From Pirellulales bacterium (lineage in GTDB: Bacteria; Planctomycetota; Planctomycetia; Pirellulales; UBA1268): DNA of 64,000 nt. A program made the position numbers and the translations under genes. The stretch is taken from assembly GCA_044376405.1 (NCBI GenBank), contig JBILKZ010000002.1, positions 1,466-65,465 of the forward strand, given 5' to 3'. The notes under the pieces are model-generated. The model was not told the DNA's origin. It did no database searches and saw nothing but the letters and a program-made list of their open reading frames with translations. Position 1 is the first letter of the stretch. The number at the start of each line of letters is the position of its first letter. Below are positions 56,484 to 64,000 of the stretch, in pieces.

Positions 56484-57224
56484 TCACGCCTCATACCGAT
56501 AGCGGCGCTCGAGCAGCCGCGATACGGCCGAGAGGGGAAGCGTAAGCAGCAGGTAGCCGGCGGCCAGTGGCAGATAGCTTTCGAGCGTGGAGTACGTGAA
56601 CGAATTCACCTCCTGAGCGGCGAGCGTGAATTCCGAGACCGCGATCACCGAGAGCAGCGACGAATCCTTGATGAGCGACACGAACTGGCCCGCCACGGCA
56701 GGCAGCACGAGGCGGATCGCCTGCGGCAGGATCACGAGCCGGAAAGACTGCCAGGGCGTGAGACCGATGGCTCGGGCGGAATCACGCTGCGTCTGCGGGA
56801 TGGCGGCGAGGCCACCGCGGAAGATCTCCGCCATGTAGGCGCCACTGAAAAGCGAGAGCAGGAGCACGCCGACGACATACCGGTTTTCCAGGCCGACGGC
56901 ACTCGCCACCACGTAGAAACCGATCAGCAGTTGCACGAGCAGCGGCGTGCCCCGGATCAGCTCGACATACACGCGGCCCACCGCTTCCAGCAGCGGGTTC
57001 TTCGATCCCAAGAGCAGCGCCGCCAGCATGCCGATCAGGGTGCTGACGATAAGCGAGGTCAGACTGAGGGCGACGGTGACACCGAAGCCCTGCAGCAGCT
57101 TTTGGCGGTATTCCCAGACGCCCGCCCAGTTCCAGGCATAGTTCACCCGCGAGAACGCCAGCGCGATCAGCGCCGCGAAGAGGATCACAACGATCGTATG
57201 GGCGAGCCAGCGGGGCATGGGCAA
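56484..57224 (-). CDS. polar amino-acid ABC transporter permease (His/Glu/Gln/Arg/opine family)
   Basis: VYVELIRGTPLLVQLL and the EAA-like region SARAIGLTPWQSFRLVILPQA. Confidence 0.9.
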   Translation of the reverse strand: MPMPRWLAHTIVVILFAALIALAFSRVNYAWNWAGVWEYRQKLLQGFGVTVALSLTSLIVSTLIGMLAALLLGSKNPLLEAVGRVYVELIRGTPLLVQLLIGFYVVASAVGLENRYVVGVLLLSLFSGAYMAEIFRGGLAAIPQTQRDSARAIGLTPWQSFRLVILPQAIRLVLPAVAGQFVSLIKDSSLLSVIAVSEFTLAAQEVNSFTYSTLESYLPLAAGYLLLTLPLSAVSRLLERRYRYEA

Positions 57225-57233
57225 TAGTTTACG

Positions 57234-57286
57234 AAAAAAAGGGGACGCAGCTCTTTTTCCTTGGAAAACGAGCTGCGTCCCCTTTT
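57234..57286 (-). terminator. intrinsic terminator/attenuator between the binding-protein and permease genes
   Basis: ggggacgcagctc-N16-gagctgcgtcccc has perfect 13-bp arms. On the minus strand it is followed by TTTTTTT. An A-run on the other side gives it a bidirectional layout. Confidence 0.7.
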
Positions 57287-57289
57287 CGC

Positions 57290-58066
57290 TTAAAAGTAGA
57301 ATGGTATGCCCTGGGCCTTGAAGGAGGCCTTCTCTTCGGGCAGGAATTCGTCACCGAGTTTCTCGAAGCCGCCGGCGGCCCGGAACTCCTTGAGGAATCC
57401 GTTGATCTGCTCGCGGAGTTGCGTGTCGCCGGTTCGCAGGCCGACCGCCCAGGTCTCTTCGCGAAAAGGCCGGAGCAGGGCCCGCGTCGTGTCGGGATGC
57501 CGCTTGTGGTTCTGATAGACCGAGAGCGAATCGTAGATGAAGGCGTCGGCCTTCCCCTGCGTCACTTCCAGCACCGCCGCCGACTCCTTGTCGAGCACGA
57601 GCACGCGGGCCCGCTTGAGCGCAGTCGAGGCATACTGATGCCCGGTCGTGCCTTTCTTGACGGCGATCGTGCGACCGGCCACGTCGAGATCGGCGGGCGA
57701 CTGTACGGGGGATTTGGCACCGACGAGTAACGCCAGCCCGGTTTTGAGATAGGGCTCGGAGAAGGCGATCGATCGGCTCCGCTCCGGCGTGGCGGTCATC
57801 GAGGAGATGATGCAGTCGATCTTGCCTGTCTTGAGCGCGGGGATGAGGCCATCGAAGGCGATGTTTTCGATCACCACCTGACGGCCGAGGTGCTGCCCGA
57901 GCGACTCGGCGAGTTTCACGCTCACCCCCGTCGGCCGTCCCTGTGGATCGGTCATCTCGAAGGGCGGATAGGCGAGCTCCATGCCCACGCGAAGCGGCGG
58001 CGCGGCGGCCGCCGACGCCGCCACGAAGAACAACCAACCAAACAGAATGGAACTGAGCGATCGCAT
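57290..58066 (-). CDS. family 3 extracellular solute-binding protein (polar amino acids)
   Basis: Signal MRSLSSILFGWLFFVAASAAAA, then LRVGMELAYPPFEM...FDGLIPALKTGKIDCIISSMTATPERS. The ATG at 58066 is preferred. Confidence 0.9.
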   Translation of the reverse strand: MRSLSSILFGWLFFVAASAAAAPPLRVGMELAYPPFEMTDPQGRPTGVSVKLAESLGQHLGRQVVIENIAFDGLIPALKTGKIDCIISSMTATPERSRSIAFSEPYLKTGLALLVGAKSPVQSPADLDVAGRTIAVKKGTTGHQYASTALKRARVLVLDKESAAVLEVTQGKADAFIYDSLSVYQNHKRHPDTTRALLRPFREETWAVGLRTGDTQLREQINGFLKEFRAAGGFEKLGDEFLPEEKASFKAQGIPFYF

Positions 58067-58155
58067 GGTGGTGTTTATACCCTGCTGCCGTCTTCGCCGC
58101 GCTGGATGGCCCATGGAGGCCATGGAGCGACGCACGTCGGCGTGCGGCCCCCTGC

Positions 58156-60375
58156 TCACTCGCGGCCCAGCAGCCAGTCGGCGGCGGCCGTTGCCGGGGC
58201 CGTGCCCCGGTGCTGAACGAGCCTTCCGGAGGGGGCGGCCGGGTATCCTCCGGCCACGATGCCGGCTTCCTGGGCATCGCCGCGAGGCCCGTCGTCTGCA
58301 AGCCAGAGCGGATGCGGCGCTCCGAGCGCCACCATGCCCGGGATGTCGAGATACCGACCGCCGCCCGGCAGGAACAGCGGATCGCGGTAGTCGGCGACGT
58401 CTGCGAATCGAAATCCTTCCGTCGCCGTAGCCGCCCGGTCGATGGCCGCGCCGCAGACGGCGCGGGCCGCCAGCACGATCGGGCCCGCATCGCCAAAGCC
58501 AGCGACCGCCACCTCGCTAGGATGCGGATGCGACCCTACCTTGGTGGTCCGCAGAAAGCGGACGACACTGAGCACATCGTGCACGCTCTGGCAGAACAGG
58601 GGCGCGTTGTAGCCGAATGTGTAGCCGGCGAATTCGCGAGGGTTTTTCACAAGCCGCTGCCGCCGCCGCTCGTTCGGTGAGTCGCCCAGCGTGGTCGCCC
58701 CATCCCGCCACAGCAGCAGATCGGCCGTCACGACAGCAGCCCCTGCCTTCACGAGACGGTCGAGTGGCGGCCGCAGTCCGCCGTCGGCGGCCAACGCGGC
58801 CCCGCTTCCGGGCTCGTCGAGCCAGACGACGACCCGGCCCGACCACGTGCGCGGGTAGAGCCACGACACCGGCACCTCCTCGCCATGCGTCGTGTTCCGC
58901 AGCACTCCCGTCATGCGGATGTGGTCGGGTCGCTTATCCTTCCGGTCGAGCAGCCATTCCACTTCGCCGGCCTGTTCGTATGAACGGCCTATGAGCGTCA
59001 CGATGGCCGGTCGAACGACGTCGCGCAGTCCCTCCGGCGTGGCGGCCGAACCGCGAATCTGCCGTGCGGCGTCGTCGGCAAGCCAGGCCAGCAGGCTCCG
59101 TTCGAACTCGGGATCATCGGCGGGCGGTGCCGGATGCTCCTCGTCCCACACGGAAAGCTGGTCGCGAGAGAGTGGTTCATAGTCCCGCTCGATCACTGGC
59201 TCGGGAAATCCCAGGCCAAACCGCCTGTTGAGGAATGTGGAGAACGCCGACCGTGTGACGGCGTTGTAATTGTGTGGGAAGTGTTCGCCGCGATGCAGCA
59301 TCACGTCGTCCTTGGCACCAAACAGCCCATAGGCCCGCTGCAGCTCCGGAAATCCCTTCGTGGCCAGCTCCTTCGTCCAGTCGTTCGCCGTGTTCATGCC
59401 CTGTGGTTTCGGGGCGAAGAGGGCGGCGAACTCCACGTTGCCGGTGCCGATCCGCAGGAGCGACGCGTTTTCACAGGTGCAGCCCCCTTGCATCGACGTG
59501 CTCACCATGACGACGGGGAAGGAGAGCTGCACGCGGTCGTCGACCGCCGCGAGGATCATGGTCTGCGTGCCGCCGCCGCTCGACCCGGTCGCCGCGATGC
59601 GGGTGGGATCGACCTCGGGCAGGCTGAGCAGGAAGTCCAGCGACCGGATGGCGTTGAGCGTCTGCAGGCCCATCACGCTCTGCAGGTGTGATTCGGCACG
59701 GGCGCTGTAGAGCCCCCATCGTGTCGGCGTGTTCATCTCAGGACGCTGCTGCTTGAACCCGTGCGTAAGCGCCATCGAGAGCTGCTGCGCGTCGGAATTG
59801 CCGAGCATGTCCCACTGCCAGACGACACAGCCCATGCGGGCCAGCTGCACGCACAGCGATTGGAATCGGCTCCGGCCGCCATTTTCAAACCGCTCCTCTC
59901 CAGCCGCGATCTCCGCGCGGAGCTTGTCGGCGGTCTGCTCCGAGAACCGGGCATCCTTCCAGTGACCGTGCGCGAAGAGCACGCCCGGGACCTTCCCCTG
60001 GGGGTTCACGGGGCGGTAGAGGTTGCCGGTGACGAAGAACCCCGGCGCGCTCTCGAAGAACACCTTTGAGACGGTGTAGCCGTCTCGCTCGATCGTGCCG
60101 TGGATGACTGGATTGAGCGGCGTCTTCGTGGGCATCGGCCAGAGTCCCTGCGACACGAGCACCCGGCGGCGGACATCCTCGGCGCGGGCCAGCCAGGCCT
60201 CGCGGTTGGCGGGCGGCTCAAACGGAAAGAATCCGTCGAGGTCCTTGAGATCGCCGAGGCGGATGTCTTCGGCGAGAGACGTCGTCGCCGGCGGGAACAT
60301 CGCGATCACCACCGGCAGACCTGTCAGCAGCAGCGTCGCCCAGAGAGTCCGTCGTGGGCAGGGCTGATGCGGCAT
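58156..60375 (-). CDS. large exported alpha/beta-hydrolase-fold protein (acetyl-xylan-esterase-like N-terminal half)
   Basis: Signal-like MPHQPCPRRTLWATLLLTGLPVVIAM, GVLFAHGHW, and nucleophile elbow IAATGSSGGG. The C-terminal half is unassigned. Confidence 0.6.
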   Translation of the reverse strand: MPHQPCPRRTLWATLLLTGLPVVIAMFPPATTSLAEDIRLGDLKDLDGFFPFEPPANREAWLARAEDVRRRVLVSQGLWPMPTKTPLNPVIHGTIERDGYTVSKVFFESAPGFFVTGNLYRPVNPQGKVPGVLFAHGHWKDARFSEQTADKLRAEIAAGEERFENGGRSRFQSLCVQLARMGCVVWQWDMLGNSDAQQLSMALTHGFKQQRPEMNTPTRWGLYSARAESHLQSVMGLQTLNAIRSLDFLLSLPEVDPTRIAATGSSGGGTQTMILAAVDDRVQLSFPVVMVSTSMQGGCTCENASLLRIGTGNVEFAALFAPKPQGMNTANDWTKELATKGFPELQRAYGLFGAKDDVMLHRGEHFPHNYNAVTRSAFSTFLNRRFGLGFPEPVIERDYEPLSRDQLSVWDEEHPAPPADDPEFERSLLAWLADDAARQIRGSAATPEGLRDVVRPAIVTLIGRSYEQAGEVEWLLDRKDKRPDHIRMTGVLRNTTHGEEVPVSWLYPRTWSGRVVVWLDEPGSGAALAADGGLRPPLDRLVKAGAAVVTADLLLWRDGATTLGDSPNERRRQRLVKNPREFAGYTFGYNAPLFCQSVHDVLSVVRFLRTTKVGSHPHPSEVAVAGFGDAGPIVLAARAVCGAAIDRAATATEGFRFADVADYRDPLFLPGGGRYLDIPGMVALGAPHPLWLADDGPRGDAQEAGIVAGGYPAAPSGRLVQHRGTAPATAAADWLLGRE

Positions 60376-60589
60376 GGCGATCGTCTCCGAGAAAATTGGT
60401 GGAGCGAGCAGGCCCCGCTGCCCCGGCAAGGAAGGCAGTGTCGGCGTTGCACCGACGGGCGTCAACAACCGGCGACGACTCGTGGGGCCTCTCGCCCGAT
60501 TGCAGCAGGTCTGAAGCACGCCCCATAATCGCAGCAATCCGATGAGGATGACTCATCGTCTGGGCCCTTCGACAACAGGACACACGATC

Positions 60590-61678
60590 ATGGTGGCCGG
60601 TCTTTCACGCCGACGGTTCCTCGAAACAGCGGCGGTGGTAGCAGCGGCCGCCGAGGCTTCCGCCGCTGATCCCGCTGCTCGTCTCGCTGCTCGTCCCGCG
60701 CCGATCCGGATCGGGCAGATTGGCGTGAAGCATGGCCATGCGACGAAGCTCGGCGTCTACCGCCGCTCGCCAGACTACGAGGTCATCGGCGTGGTCGAAT
60801 CCGACGCCGAGGCGCGACGGAAGGTCGAGGCGGAGCCCGCGTACACGGGCCTTCCGTGGATGACGCGCGAGCAGTTGCTGGCAGTGCCCGGGCTGCAGGC
60901 CGTGCTCGTCGAGACCGCCGTGCCCGATCTGCTCGACCATGCAGAGGCCAGCATCGCGGCCGGCATGCACGTGCACCTCGACAAGCCGGCCGGCACGTCG
61001 CTGCCGCAGTACCGGCGGATCCTCGATGCCGCCGCGGAACGAAAACTCGTCGTCCAGATGGGCTACATGTACCGCTACAACCCGGCCATCGTCATGCTTC
61101 GGCAGGCGGTCGCAGAGGGCTGGCTGGGCGAAATCTTCGAGATCCACGCGGTGATGGGCAAGGTGCTCGATCAGGCGAGTCGTCGCGCACTGATCCGCTA
61201 TCCGGGCGGGATGATGCTCGAACTCGGCTGTCATCTGATCGACCTCGCGGTCGGCGTGCTTGGCAAGCCGGATCGGGTCGAAGGATTTTCACGGCATTCC
61301 TCGCCGCAGTCCGACGGACTCGCCGACAACATGCTCGCCGTGCTCGAGTATCCGCGGGCGACGGCGACGATCCGCACCGCTGGGGTCGACGTCGACGGCT
61401 TTGCCCGCCGGCAGTTCACGGTCTGCGGCACCGAGGGGACAATCCACATTCAGCCGCTCGACAATCCGGTGGTCCGTCTCACCCTCGCGCAGCCGCGGGG
61501 CGGGCATGCGGCGGGTGTGCAGGACGTGACGCTGCCCAAGTACACCCGCTACGTCGACGATGCCGCCGACATGGCCGCGGCCATCCGCGGTGAGAAGCCT
61601 TTTGCATTTTCCCACGCCCACGACCTCGCCGTGCAGACCGCGGTGCTCGATGCCTGCGGCCTGCCGATAGACCGCTGA
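60590..61678 (+). CDS. Gfo/Idh/MocA family oxidoreductase with twin-arginine signal
   Basis: SRRRFLETAAVVAAAAEASA, then IRIGQIGVKHGHA Rossmann start and a C-terminal alpha/beta domain. Confidence 0.85.
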   Translation: MVAGLSRRRFLETAAVVAAAAEASAADPAARLAARPAPIRIGQIGVKHGHATKLGVYRRSPDYEVIGVVESDAEARRKVEAEPAYTGLPWMTREQLLAVPGLQAVLVETAVPDLLDHAEASIAAGMHVHLDKPAGTSLPQYRRILDAAAERKLVVQMGYMYRYNPAIVMLRQAVAEGWLGEIFEIHAVMGKVLDQASRRALIRYPGGMMLELGCHLIDLAVGVLGKPDRVEGFSRHSSPQSDGLADNMLAVLEYPRATATIRTAGVDVDGFARRQFTVCGTEGTIHIQPLDNPVVRLTLAQPRGGHAAGVQDVTLPKYTRYVDDAADMAAAIRGEKPFAFSHAHDLAVQTAVLDACGLPIDR

Positions 61679-61700
61679 CGTCGATTTCCGACCTTCGACT

Positions 61701-62648
61701 TTACGCCGCGGCCCGACTCCCGCGACGCGAGGCGGCTGCCTGCTGGAGCAGCGCGGCTTCCACGCTCTCCGCGAAGTGGCAGCCAAGACCGGCCAGCCAC
61801 GTCTCGTGCATCGACCGGTTCTTGTGGTAGTTGTTCGGCAGGAGCGTGACCTCGCGGCCGGCGTGCAGCCCTGCGATCGCAAAGTGCAGTCGGTCGGTAA
61901 TAATCCGCCGATACCGCGCCGCCAGGGCGAGCGTCTCGGCGGGCGTATTGCAGAGGGCTGCGGGATCACGCGCCATCTGCAGCAGCCGCCCCCTCCGCTC
62001 GTGGTCGCGTCGCATCAGGATGCCGAGATCCTGCACCGGTGGGCCGGCGGCGGGCCAGGCCAGACCCAGCGCGAGATCGGGGGCAAGGATGCCGTCCGTT
62101 CGCAGGCCGAGGCTCGCCTGCTCACGAACGAACACTTTGGCAAACGGGCGGTCTTCGCGGTCGGTGAACGACTGCGGCAGGATGATGACCGGCACACTGA
62201 GCCCAAGGGCCCGGGTGCGCATCGCGTGGTTCTCCGCGGATCGCCGGCCCATGCTGCCGCCGCCACCGAACACGATCACGTCCACCTCGGCAGGATCATC
62301 GAGGTCGAGCGGCAGCCACCGGATGCCACCCTCTGCGAAGAGCTGTGTCATGGCCAGTTCGATCAGGGCATCCCCGACATGTCCGACCGGCTGCACGTAG
62401 CCGACGCGTCGGCCGACCAAAGGTGCGATCACATGCTTGAAGGCGTCGGGCCCCAGGAGTGCCCGACGGGCCGTGTCGTCACCGCCAGTGCCGGGGACGA
62501 TGCGTAAGGACGGTTTCGCGCCAGCAGCAGTCCGATCGCGGAGGCTGCGCCTCGTCTCATGACTGCCTGCCGCACGCGGTATCCGCTCGTTGCGATTCCC
62601 CATGAGGGGGTGTATCGACCCGCAAACGCTGCAAGGCCTGCGAAACAA
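61701..62648 (-). CDS. polysaccharide pyruvyl transferase-like protein
   Basis: GHVGDALIELA...VIVFGGGGSMG...ITDRLHFAIAGLHAGREV pattern. Start is uncertain. Confidence 0.5.
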   Translation of the reverse strand: MFRRPCSVCGSIHPLMGNRNERIPRAAGSHETRRSLRDRTAAGAKPSLRIVPGTGGDDTARRALLGPDAFKHVIAPLVGRRVGYVQPVGHVGDALIELAMTQLFAEGGIRWLPLDLDDPAEVDVIVFGGGGSMGRRSAENHAMRTRALGLSVPVIILPQSFTDREDRPFAKVFVREQASLGLRTDGILAPDLALGLAWPAAGPPVQDLGILMRRDHERRGRLLQMARDPAALCNTPAETLALAARYRRIITDRLHFAIAGLHAGREVTLLPNNYHKNRSMHETWLAGLGCHFAESVEAALLQQAAASRRGSRAAA

Positions 62649-62672
62649 CCACGGGTCTACTCGGGAAGACTG

Positions 62673-62762
62673 GGGAAAATGGGGACGGGAGCGTTTTTTC
62701 GACGGCCGAAGGCCACGTGGATGGTGCCCTTTTCAAAAAATCGCTCCCGTCCCCATTTTCCC
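62673..62762. repeat. long perfect inverted repeat / bidirectional terminator (GGGGACGGGAGCG family)
   Basis: gggaaaatggggacgggagcg (62673-62693) and its exact reverse complement (62742-62762). TTTTTT/AAAAAA extend the stem. It lies between a stop codon (62764) and the next gene's start. Confidence 0.8.
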
Positions 62763-62763
62763 A

Positions 62764-63867
62764 TCACTGCGCCGGGGCCTCATCGAATGGCCCCTTCAGC
62801 ACTGCATCGGGCCGTTCGTGCCGCCCCGCCCCGTCGATCAGATACCGTGCCTGTGGCTTGAGATCCTCCGGCACCTGCCAGCGGTCGGGGGCCGCTGCCG
62901 TCGTGGCGAGATTGAGCACGAGGTAGGGCGGAATCTCTTGAGCCGTCTCGCGGATCGGCACGGTCTTGGGATCGGTGCCCGAGAGCAGATCCGCCGCCAG
63001 CCGGCCGGCCACGAGCCCCACCTCGCGGAAGTTGAAGCCGAGGTCAAACAGCGTGCCCCGATCGGGCTCGCCCGGATTCACGCTGAACACCGGCACGTCC
63101 GATTTCGCCGCGGTGGCGATGACCGAATCGACCGCGCTGATCACCGTCGTGTCTCCCGGCACGAAGATCGCCTCGGCCCCCCGCGAGATCGTCGACTGCA
63201 CCGCCTCGATGACGCCCGAGGAGTTTTCCACCGGCGCCTCGAGCAGTTCGATGCCGAGTGCTTTGCAGCTGGCCCGTGCCAGTTCCATGAAACGGCGGGA
63301 ATTGCTCTCGGAAGGGTTGTGCGCCACCCCCACGCGGGCGAGGCGGGGATTGAGTCGCCGGGCGATCAGAAACGTCGTGTTCACCGGCGCCAGGCTGCCA
63401 TACCCGACCAGATGCGGCGGATGCACGAGCGGGTCGGCGCGATCGAAGCCGACGCCTGCCGAGAAGGGATCCGCCACCGCCGCGAACACGTGCTTGAGCC
63501 GGCCGCGGCTGTTGGCCGTCGCCACCGCCTGCAACGACGGCGTACTGGAGGTCAGCACCAGATCGAACGGCCCACCGACGATCTCGCGGGCGATCGCGTT
63601 GCCCTGGGCCATGTCTCCTTCGGCATTGTAGCGTCGGATTGTCACCGTCTTGCCATCGACAAAGCCTCGCTCGGCGAGCCCCGCGATCATGCCCTTGACC
63701 GCATCCTCGAGCACCATCGAGCTCGTCTGCTGGAGCACGGCGATCGCCGGCAGCGCGCGTTTGGCCGACTGTCTGTCGGTGAGCAGCAGGAGCGCCGACG
63801 CGCCGAAGAGCAGGGCCACGGTCGGCACGCAACGGCGGAGAAAGGCAAGGATGTGCGACGAGTCCAT
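62764..63867 (-). CDS. ABC transporter substrate-binding protein (PF04392-like)
   Basis: N-terminal anchor, IAVLQQTSSMVLEDAVKGMIAGLAERGFVDGKTVTIRRYNAEGD, and periplasmic-binding fold repeats. Confidence 0.7.
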   Translation of the reverse strand: MDSSHILAFLRRCVPTVALLFGASALLLLTDRQSAKRALPAIAVLQQTSSMVLEDAVKGMIAGLAERGFVDGKTVTIRRYNAEGDMAQGNAIAREIVGGPFDLVLTSSTPSLQAVATANSRGRLKHVFAAVADPFSAGVGFDRADPLVHPPHLVGYGSLAPVNTTFLIARRLNPRLARVGVAHNPSESNSRRFMELARASCKALGIELLEAPVENSSGVIEAVQSTISRGAEAIFVPGDTTVISAVDSVIATAAKSDVPVFSVNPGEPDRGTLFDLGFNFREVGLVAGRLAADLLSGTDPKTVPIRETAQEIPPYLVLNLATTAAAPDRWQVPEDLKPQARYLIDGAGRHERPDAVLKGPFDEAPAQ

Positions 63868-63888
63868 GGTTGTCTTTCGATTGCCCCC

Positions 63889-64000
63889 TACACGTAGAGT
63901 TCGGAGAGGGACCGTGCGGCGGCTTCGTCGAGCTGATCGGACGAACGCAGACGGGCGAAGCGAAACGCGAGGTCGTCGGGCGACAGCCGCCGCTTGGCCG
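63889..64000 (-). CDS. C-terminal fragment of an unidentified gene (continues beyond window end)
   Basis: My translation of the minus strand is ...AKRRLSPDDLAFRFARLRSSDQLDEAAARSLSELYV, ending at TAG (63891-63889). No family assignment is possible. Confidence 0.3.

Overview
High-GC window that looks planctomycete, judged from three things: a DUF1559/H-X9-DG pseudopilin-like gene, several PEP-CTERM proteins, and futalosine-route menaquinone genes. All calls are by eye from the sequence and the ORF track. No searches or alignments were run. Most of the window is tightly packed housekeeping: aspS, dcd, nth, folE, pyrD, trpS, acpS, topA, glgB, miaA, hisE/hisG, aroA, mqnA/mqnC, and a Moco operon containing a MoaE-MoaA fusion. 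There are two visibly more A/T-rich accessory patches. Patch 1 (0.2-5.7 kb) holds a PEP-CTERM gene, TetR/FAD-monooxygenase/SDR genes, a PEP-CTERM relic, a MazF-like toxin-antitoxin pair and tRNA-Val. Patch 2 (34.3-40.6 kb) holds a DUF1559 gene, a LytS-like kinase with a LytTR regulator, two PEP-CTERM genes and a cupin. The best candidate for an undescribed system is in patch 2. Both PEP-CTERM genes are preceded, at the same distance, by the same ~100-nt element built from ATTCGTGCGCGCC cores at 22-20-20 nt spacing. One copy lies in the divergent region next to the LytS/LytTR operon, so a LytTR-controlled PEP-CTERM surface-protein regulon is plausible. A second candidate is a co-directional string of polar amino-acid ABC importer, atypical ADP-ribosylglycohydrolase and OvoA (ovothiol synthase architecture). 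The window also carries at least three short palindromic repeat families sitting at gene ends. One of them appears to have inserted into the 3' end of a gene and broken an ATGA coupling to folE. No CRISPR array, rRNA, transposase or integrase was seen. Many long antisense ORFs in the track were rejected as high-GC artefacts.
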